DNA of 64,000 nt from Chitinophagaceae bacterium. Its GTDB lineage: Bacteria > Bacteroidota > Bacteroidia > Chitinophagales > Chitinophagaceae. Below, in pieces: positions 38,869 to 45,099 of this stretch; within the stretch, counting starts at the first letter, position 1; each line of letters starts with the position of its first letter. Both the position numbers and the translations under genes were made by a program. Where the stretch lies: positions 15,441 to 79,440 of the forward strand of contig JANNMN010000021.1 in the NCBI GenBank assembly GCA_031397865.1, read 5' to 3'. The notes beneath the pieces are model-generated. The model searched no databases and was not told where the DNA came from. It worked only from the letters and a program-made list of their open reading frames with translations.

Positions 38869-39525
38869 TTACAATTTAATTTTACTGGATTTAGATCCTG
38901 CTGCTAATTGTGGCCACCATACCATATAGGTTTCTATAACTAAAAAAGGAATTACCCAGCAAAGCCATTCTGCAGTAGTTCTTCTTTCCATTTGGGAATC
39001 GAGAAAAGGAAACACTGTTTTGTAACCTAGTAAAGGAAACAGCCGGATGAATACAAATGCCAATGCAGCCGTATAACTTCTTACCATAAATTGACGGTGA
39101 GCTTTTATGTTCTTGTTTTTTATTGCCCACCATGCGGCTGCCGTACAGGCAAACCAGATGATTGATAAGATACCTAATGAAACCCGGCATGGTTTACAAT
39201 CATACATGAGATTGATGCGAAAGGCGCAAACTGCAGCTATGAGTGAGCCAATGATAAAGATCTTTCCTGCAGTGCGATGATACTTCATGTACTTCGTTCG
39301 AAAATTCTTCCAGAACTGCAGCGGTCCTAATAATAAAGCTACAGATGCTCCGGCAATATGCCCGATGAACCAGATCTTACTATCAAAAAAACCCCGCTTG
39401 AAATTTGGAGGCACATATCCCTTGCTATAATCTATAATTGTATAAACATAAAAATAAATGGAAAAGCCAATGATAGCTGTCCAGAAAATAAACCAGAATA
39501 TAGTTTTCCTTTTTATGCTAATCAT
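38869..39525 (-). CDS. DUF2306 family membrane protein
   Basis: 218 aa, 6 TM segments. 'GHIAGASVALLLGPLQFW', 'YHRTAGKI' and 'AHRQFMVRSY' pattern. Confidence 0.75.
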   Translation of the reverse strand: MISIKRKTIFWFIFWTAIIGFSIYFYVYTIIDYSKGYVPPNFKRGFFDSKIWFIGHIAGASVALLLGPLQFWKNFRTKYMKYHRTAGKIFIIGSLIAAVCAFRINLMYDCKPCRVSLGILSIIWFACTAAAWWAIKNKNIKAHRQFMVRSYTAALAFVFIRLFPLLGYKTVFPFLDSQMERRTTAEWLCWVIPFLVIETYMVWWPQLAAGSKSSKIKL

Positions 39526-39576
39526 GTTGCGTTGAAATTATTGAATAAAGAAGTTCTGCCTAACAAAACACAATCT

Positions 39577-40353
39577 TCATTGAGCCGCCGGTTGTTTAAG
39601 TTTTGCCATTGGTTTTTTATTTACTATTCCAGTCAACGTCAATAAAATTAAAAAAATAATGAAACCCACAAAAAATGCAATTAGTTGGTTAAGTGACCCT
39701 ACGAATTCAGTGAGTGGCTGAATAAGGTCATGCTTAATCAGGAGGGAGGTAATAAAGTCGTTTATAATAAAAAATGAACTGGATGCCAATATTGGCCATC
39801 CATTTCTTCTATCCTTCAAGAAAAAAAGAAGGCCTACAAAGAAAGTAATATACATTCCATATCCGATTAGCCCGGGAGCAACTGCAAGCAGCAAAAAGAA
39901 AATACTAATACCCAGCATTAATACAACGGTACTGATGAGAAAGGCGGCATGTATTTTTCTTCTTTTTTTCAGGATAAATGCCAATAAAATAATCAGCCCT
40001 AATTCTATCGACCCTAATACATTTTGTACGATCATAAAATCTCCTTCACCTGAAACGAGACCTTTGTGAGCTGAGTGAATGGCTAGTAGTACTGCCTGGG
40101 CAAAAAATAAAGGTCCAAAAAACAAAATGGAAAGTCCAATCCGTCTGTGCTTTATACCCTGTTTATTTCCGATAAGGCTGAGTTGGTATAGCATCAAAAA
40201 TAACCAACTGAAATTGACTATTACATGGAGTATTTGGTATGGTTTAGGTTTTGCATCTGCTCCAAAAAAGATACTCCAAAAACCAGAAACGGTTAATATC
40301 ATTGTGGTGAAGATGAGCAAGTACTCAAAAATGTATTGTTTGAAATTTTTCAT
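39577..40353 (-). CDS. Polytopic membrane protein, unknown function
   Basis: 258 aa, about 7 TM segments. Same strand, inside the fibre cluster. Confidence 0.6.
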   Translation of the reverse strand: MKNFKQYIFEYLLIFTTMILTVSGFWSIFFGADAKPKPYQILHVIVNFSWLFLMLYQLSLIGNKQGIKHRRIGLSILFFGPLFFAQAVLLAIHSAHKGLVSGEGDFMIVQNVLGSIELGLIILLAFILKKRRKIHAAFLISTVVLMLGISIFFLLLAVAPGLIGYGMYITFFVGLLFFLKDRRNGWPILASSSFFIINDFITSLLIKHDLIQPLTEFVGSLNQLIAFFVGFIIFLILLTLTGIVNKKPMAKLKQPAAQ

Positions 40354-40529
40354 ATACTTTTTTTAAGTGTATGAAAATTTATTGTGGCCAGTTGGCTTGA
40401 TGCAGCCGCTAATTCTGCACATGGGATATACTTGTTGTTTAAAAAAATGTCACATCCAATTTTTAAAATCTTCTTCAAAACAGGTTGTTTTTTTTCAATC
40501 CAAAATTGATAAACCAATAAAGTATAAAC

Positions 40530-40548
40530 AATAGCTAAAATGGGTGAT
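40530..40548 (-). promoter_or_regulatory. Degenerate copy of the conserved box inside a decayed promoter cassette
   Basis: Minus strand ATCACCCATTTTAGCTATT. The flanking sequence aligns with the 163-bp cassette, but the ATG reads TTG. Confidence 0.35.
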
Positions 40549-40600
40549 ATAAGGAATCCAAATCCGTCTTGTCGCTTCAGCCAAATAAAGAAAACGAGGC

Positions 40601-40902
40601 GAATTAATTTTTCTGCCCGGAGTCTCCCCTATTTTATGGACCGGGCCTATCAGGCATGAAGAATGTTACTTTTGAAATAGTAAGGGACTCTGGGCCTGAC
40701 ATATGGTTCTCACTTAAAATCTTTTCGGTAAAATCCTTCTTTATTTAGTATTTCTCTTCGAACCGGCTTGGTATAAATGTAAAACTTTCTTTTTCATATC
40801 GGCCCGGAGTCCGTCATGCATTTAAGCAACCAAAAGCATCAGATAGAAAGATCATCTTCAAATGTGGCGCCGCTGGGACGAGACTCCGGGCAGAAAAAAT
40901 TC
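40601..40902. mobile_element. MITE-like element / long inverted repeat
   Basis: Perfect 19-bp inverted repeats TTTTTCTGCCCGGAGTCTC (40608-40626) and its complement (40880-40898). A second inner inverted pair is GGACCGGGCC / GGCCCGGAGTCC. No ORF. Confidence 0.4.
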
Positions 40903-40922
40903 TGGAAACTTGTTTTGCCCCC

Positions 40923-42311
40923 CTAATTTACTTTGCCAAATAGAACTTTGCCGCTTGCGGAGCTATAATTTGGTACACCGATTAAAAACCGTTTTGTTAT
41001 TCCATCAATTGAAGTGGACTGACCCATTTCATCACCAGAATTTCCGCCGGGGTCTGTTATATATTGCAGTTTTTGCCAGCCCATCCCAATCCTTTGATAA
41101 ATGGTTGCAGAACCCTGGTCTGTATTGGCACCAACATTATCACCAGTAGCCCCCACAATGGCATAGTTGCCGGATATGGAAACGCTGCTTCCAAATCTAT
41201 CATCCGCAGCACCAGTAGCATCGGTTATTTTTTGCATCAGTACCCAGGTAGTTCCGTTCCATTGATAAATACTGGCAGAACCCTGATTGGAATTGGCACC
41301 AACATCATCACCATAAGCCCCCACAATGGCATAGTTGCCGGAAATGGAAACGCTAATTCCAAAATTATCTCCTGCATCACCGGTGGCATCGGTTATTTTT
41401 TGCATCAATACCCATGCGGTTCCGTTCCATTGATAAATACTGGCCGAGCCCTGGTCTGTATTGGCGCCAACAGCATCCCTAAAAGCCCCCACAATGGCAT
41501 AGTTGCCGGATATGGAAACGCTGCTTCCAAATCTATCTCCTGCATCACCGGTGATATCCGTTATTTTATTCATCAGTACCCAGGTAGTTCCGTTCCATTG
41601 ATAAATACTGACCGAGCCCTGGCTGGAATTGGCGCCAACATTATCACCAGTAGCCCCCACAATGGCATAGTTGCCGGATATGGAAACGCTGCTTCCAAAA
41701 TTATCATTGGCAGCACCAGTAGCATCTGCCATGGGCTGGTATTCACTTATGTTACCATTGGCAGCACAGTCGCCCCAAACGCCATAGCCTACATTGCCAG
41801 ATAAAATACTGCTGCTTTGCCAACTTGCATTACCAGTAGCATCGCTTGTTAATATTTTACTCATGCCTGCATCAGGAGTAAGTTTTAGTGCATTGGGCTT
41901 TACTGTATCTGCTTTTATATTGCCGGCTACATGCAGTTTATCTGTGGGTGTATTAATACCAATACCCACATTACCTGCTACATTGCTGTATTGATTGCTG
42001 CCATTTACAGTCCAGGTAGTTTCATCTGCTCTGGCAATTCTTTTCCAGCCAGTGCCATCATAGAGGTAAAAACCTGGAGTATTGGTAGTTAAAGGTTGGG
42101 TGTTTGTCTGGTAAACGATTAACCCTGTTGCAGGGCTTGCAATAGAATTTCGCTGTGTGTGAAACATACGAGGTATCAGCATGCCCTGTGTGGTGCTGGT
42201 AATATCCAATTTTGCACTGGCATCGGGGCTGGTAGTGCCAATGCCTACGTTTTGGGCAAACGTTGTTTGATATGTTGCAACTATTAATAAAAAAAAGATA
42301 ATCCTCTTCAT
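40923..42311 (-). CDS. Tail-fibre-like secreted protein, paralogue 3 (462 aa) with FG-GAP-like repeats
   Basis: Signal peptide and an N-module about 130 aa long shared with paralogue 1. Then more than 4 tandem 56-aa units 'D.FG.SVSISGNYAIVGA..D.VGAN..QGS.SIYQWNGT.WVLM.KIT'. Confidence 0.8.
   Translation of the reverse strand: MKRIIFFLLIVATYQTTFAQNVGIGTTSPDASAKLDITSTTQGMLIPRMFHTQRNSIASPATGLIVYQTNTQPLTTNTPGFYLYDGTGWKRIARADETTWTVNGSNQYSNVAGNVGIGINTPTDKLHVAGNIKADTVKPNALKLTPDAGMSKILTSDATGNASWQSSSILSGNVGYGVWGDCAANGNISEYQPMADATGAANDNFGSSVSISGNYAIVGATGDNVGANSSQGSVSIYQWNGTTWVLMNKITDITGDAGDRFGSSVSISGNYAIVGAFRDAVGANTDQGSASIYQWNGTAWVLMQKITDATGDAGDNFGISVSISGNYAIVGAYGDDVGANSNQGSASIYQWNGTTWVLMQKITDATGAADDRFGSSVSISGNYAIVGATGDNVGANTDQGSATIYQRIGMGWQKLQYITDPGGNSGDEMGQSTSIDGITKRFLIGVPNYSSASGKVLFGKVN
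41055..41740. repeat. 168-bp coding tandem repeat (4 full units plus 1 degenerate)
   Basis: The anchor 'GCCCCCACAATGGCATAGTTGCCGGA' recurs with its A at 41155, 41323, 41491 and 41659, a spacing of exactly 168 bp. Confidence 0.85.
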
Positions 42312-42397
42312 AGCAGGTTAATTTTAATTCAATCCAAAATTGATAAACTAATAAAGAGTGGACAATAGCGAAAAGGGGTGAAGTTGTGGGTGGTGAG
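42235..42397 (-). repeat. 163-bp promoter + 5'UTR + signal-peptide cassette, copy A
   Basis: Differs from 44123-44285 at 5 positions by my alignment. Spans the first about 26 codons of paralogue 3 plus 86 bp upstream. Confidence 0.9.
42364..42382 (-). promoter_or_regulatory. Conserved box TTCACCCCTTTTCGCTATT upstream of paralogue 3
   Basis: Ends 53 nt upstream of the ATG. Its 3' TTG serves as the -33 element, 20 nt before cAatTTTG. Confidence 0.5.
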
Positions 42398-42582
42398 CAG
42401 ATAGTGGACAGAGGCAAATTGGTAATGATATTATTTAATGAGTCTGAAGTATGAAAACCTGTAGAAATATTTATCAGTAATGAAGATTTTCCAGTTGTAA
42501 AAATTTATTCGGTGAAGACACGAAACAAGGAGGAAGGTGATTGATAAAAATTGGTGTATTTAAAATTTTACAAAACAACTAT

Positions 42583-44199
42583 TCATCTACTGAGCAGGGC
42601 TTCTATTTTTTTGAGCCTTGTATTTAATGCTTCTATTTGTTGTTCTTGTTTTTCTATAATCACCTGCTGTTCCTGTATCGCCTTTATAGCTACCGTACTA
42701 AAACCTGCGTAATTCATCTTATACAAATCTTTTTCTTTACTATAACTCACCAATTCGGGAAAGAGATTGTATGCCTGCTGCGCCAGCAAACCTATTTGCC
42801 TCTGCTCTGTTGGCTGCTGCCAGTTAAATTGATAATACGATGGATTTAATTTCATGATCAACGGCAGCACAGCAGCCATACTTTGTATATTTTTTTTATA
42901 ACGGCTGTCGCTTAGGGCATTAAAGGTGCCCGTTACATCATCTATATCAGCAATCTCTGTATTGGCATTGTTGTAAAAAGTAAGGTTGTTATCGCCGCTT
43001 GCACTGTAAATGCGCCATTGGTTTCCGTCGGTGCTATTTTCCAGCATAAGGCCGCCACCGGCTGCATGGCGTATATGCAGGTTGGCATCAGGCCCATCGG
43101 TACCTATGCCTACATTACCATCTTTTTGCACCACCATGGCATTGCTGCGGTTGGCATTATCATCACCATTGCCAATAATAAACAAAGGCGTTGTGCTGGT
43201 AGGTGAAGTTTGGGCTGAAAAAATAATTGAACTATTATACATACCTATTGCCGTACCGGCATAGCCCCTGGAAATTGTATTAGTTCCCATTGCGGTTGAA
43301 CTGCTTCCGCTGGCGGTTGTAAGATCGCCCATTGCGGTTGAAGCATATCCGCTGGCGGTTGCCGCATATGCCATTGCAGTTGAATAATTGCCACTGGCCA
43401 CCGTATATACTCCCATTGCGGTTGAATAGCCTCCGCTGGCGGTTGTAAAACCGCCCATTGCGGTTGAAGCATCTGCGCTGGCGATTGTATAATTTCCCAT
43501 TGCGGTTGATCTAAATCCACTGGCGGTTGTACTAATTCCCATTGCTGTTGAATAATCTCCCCGTGCAGCATTACTTATCAATCCGCTTCTGAAAGATCCA
43601 TTTTTTATATCAAAAAATAATGCATTGCCTGTAACACCGCTTACATCGGGCAATGATGCACTGTTATCGTACAATCTTTTAAATAATAAAGAAAAACCAA
43701 TGCCTGTACTGGCATCGGCATTGCTTTTAAAAATTATATACAAATCAGAAGAATTAAACACCCATTTACCGATAGTGGTATATCCATTGCCAACAGCTAA
43801 CAGGTAATTAGTTGATGAAGAAGCTTCTTTAATAATTAAAGAATCGCCTGTGCCAAGGCCCATCGTTTCGGCTGTTATCTCAATACCAACTGTTCCAGAA
43901 GCACCAGGAATATTTACATTGGCTAAAAGATTGGCAATATAATTACCCGATGGCCCACCGGGGTCATATATACGACCAGTCGAGTCAGCACCAACAAATG
44001 TTATGGTAGTTGCGTTCACCATTGTTTTTGTTTGTGCTACTGTGGGTGCCGTGCTGGTGGCAGTGGTAGGTGTGTTTACTAACAGGTTGCCGTTTACTTG
44101 TAACTTATTAAGTGGTTCTGTTGTGCCAATGCCTACGTTTTGGGCAAATGTTGTTTGATTTGTTGCAAGTATCAATAAAAAAAAGATAATCCTCTTCAT
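42583..44199 (-). CDS. Tail-fibre-like secreted protein, paralogue 4 (538 aa): CUB-like + YadA-head-like repeats + S74 intramolecular-chaperone domain
   Basis: Signal peptide and 'QNVGIGTTEPLNKLQV'. CUB-like segment 'GRIYDPGGPSGNY...DSLIIKE...IIFKSNADASTGIGFSLLF'. About 7 x 14-aa 'STAMG..T.ASG' repeats. C-terminal 'LSDSRYKKNI...GLLAQQAYNLFPELV...MNYAGF..' (Peptidase_S74-type) followed by a coiled coil. Confidence 0.85.
   Translation of the reverse strand: MKRIIFFLLILATNQTTFAQNVGIGTTEPLNKLQVNGNLLVNTPTTATSTAPTVAQTKTMVNATTITFVGADSTGRIYDPGGPSGNYIANLLANVNIPGASGTVGIEITAETMGLGTGDSLIIKEASSSTNYLLAVGNGYTTIGKWVFNSSDLYIIFKSNADASTGIGFSLLFKRLYDNSASLPDVSGVTGNALFFDIKNGSFRSGLISNAARGDYSTAMGISTTASGFRSTAMGNYTIASADASTAMGGFTTASGGYSTAMGVYTVASGNYSTAMAYAATASGYASTAMGDLTTASGSSSTAMGTNTISRGYAGTAIGMYNSSIIFSAQTSPTSTTPLFIIGNGDDNANRSNAMVVQKDGNVGIGTDGPDANLHIRHAAGGGLMLENSTDGNQWRIYSASGDNNLTFYNNANTEIADIDDVTGTFNALSDSRYKKNIQSMAAVLPLIMKLNPSYYQFNWQQPTEQRQIGLLAQQAYNLFPELVSYSKEKDLYKMNYAGFSTVAIKAIQEQQVIIEKQEQQIEALNTRLKKIEALLSR
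43243..43560. repeat. 42-bp coding periodicity (YadA-head/Hep_Hag-like repeats)
   Basis: Protein residues about 214-319 repeat as 'xSTAMGxxTxASGx'. The same periodicity creates the spurious ORF 43245-43571 in another frame. Confidence 0.65.
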
Positions 44200-44285
44200 A
44201 GCAGGTTAATTTTAATTCAATCCAAAATTGATAAACTAATAAAGAGTGGACAATAGCGAAAAGGGGTGAAGTTTTGGGTGGTGAG
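44123..44285 (-). repeat. 163-bp promoter + 5'UTR + signal-peptide cassette, copy B
   Basis: See copy A. Heads paralogue 4. Confidence 0.9.
44252..44270 (-). promoter_or_regulatory. Conserved box TTCACCCCTTTTCGCTATT upstream of paralogue 4
   Basis: Same position relative to the ATG as at 42364-42382. Confidence 0.5.
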
Positions 44286-44354
44286 TAATGAATGGTGAAT
44301 AGGAAATAGCCACACTATTCCTTATTATTTATACAAAAAATAATAAGGAATAGC

Positions 44355-44990
44355 TTACACAAGTTTATCCCGGATGGCCAATGATACGGCCTCTGTGCCG
44401 GAGTGTACATGCAGCTTGGCGTAAATATTCCTAATATGCGTTTTAACGGTATCAACCGAAACAAATAATTCAGCGGCTATCAATTTATAACTTTTGCCTG
44501 CTACTAATTGCTGCAGCACTTTTTTTTCCTGTGAGGTAAGGCTGTACTCATTTGTTGCTGCCGGCTGCAGGTTGTGTTTAAATAATTCCAATACCCTTCT
44601 TGCTATGCCTGGTGTCATTGGTGAGCCGCCAGCTTGTACATCTTTTATTGCTTCTATGTATCCATCAGGTGTGGTGCTTTTTAAAATATAACCCGATGCA
44701 CCTGCACAGATGGCATTGAAAATATATTCATCTTCAAAAAAAACAGTTTGTATAAGGATATTGATTTTTGGAAAATGTTCTTTAATGAGTTTGGTAGCTT
44801 CTATACCATTCATTCCGGGCATTTCAATATCCATCAATACAATGTCACAGGGAGAAACTTCCAGATTGGTAATAATGTTGCGACAATCGGGCCAGGCTCC
44901 GGAGCAGGTAAACCCTTCGGTATGATTGAGCAGGAGTTCAAAAGTCTCCCGCAGATGTTTATTGTCTTCAAAAACGGCTACTCGTATCAA
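44355..44990 (-). CDS. NarL/FixJ (LuxR-type HTH) response regulator
   Basis: 211 aa. Receiver domain ('IVLMDIEMPGMNG') plus LuxR HTH ('LTSQEKKVLQQLVAGKSYKLIAAELFVSVDTVKTHIRNIYAKL'). TTG start. Confidence 0.9.
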   Translation of the reverse strand: MIRVAVFEDNKHLRETFELLLNHTEGFTCSGAWPDCRNIITNLEVSPCDIVLMDIEMPGMNGIEATKLIKEHFPKINILIQTVFFEDEYIFNAICAGASGYILKSTTPDGYIEAIKDVQAGGSPMTPGIARRVLELFKHNLQPAATNEYSLTSQEKKVLQQLVAGKSYKLIAAELFVSVDTVKTHIRNIYAKLHVHSGTEAVSLAIRDKLV

Positions 44991-45035
44991 AACATTTCTC
45001 TTTTTACAAAAATGAATAAAAAACTAATTTGTATA

Positions 45036-45054
45036 AATAGCGAAATCGGGTGAA
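45036..45054 (-). promoter_or_regulatory. Conserved box TTCACCCGATTTCGCTATT upstream of the LuxR-type regulator gene
   Basis: Lies in the 109-bp kinase-regulator spacer, ending 46 nt upstream of the TTG start. Followed by a cAttTTTG -7-like element. Confidence 0.5.
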
Positions 45055-45099
45055 TATTATAGCCACAGCTTAAACAGATAAATACAAAATTGTGATAAT

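Noticed and set aside
41055-43560. Possible CRISPR array, suggested by the regularly spaced repeats.
   Set aside because: The repeats are contiguous coding tandem repeats (168 bp and 42 bp) with no unique spacers. They sit within long ORFs, and there are no cas genes in the window.
43245-43571. 108-aa ORF 'QPQWE..' on the same strand as paralogue 4.
   Set aside because: It is an alternative frame of the 42-bp repeat region. Its periodic sequence is a frame artefact of the STAMG/TASG repeats.
44321-44349. 11-bp AT-rich hairpin (CCTTATTATTT-N7-AAATAATAAGG) after the regulator gene, considered as an intrinsic terminator.
   Set aside because: There is no U-tract on the transcribed (minus) strand and the stem is very AT-rich. 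It may still be an insulator or processing hairpin, but I cannot support a terminator call.
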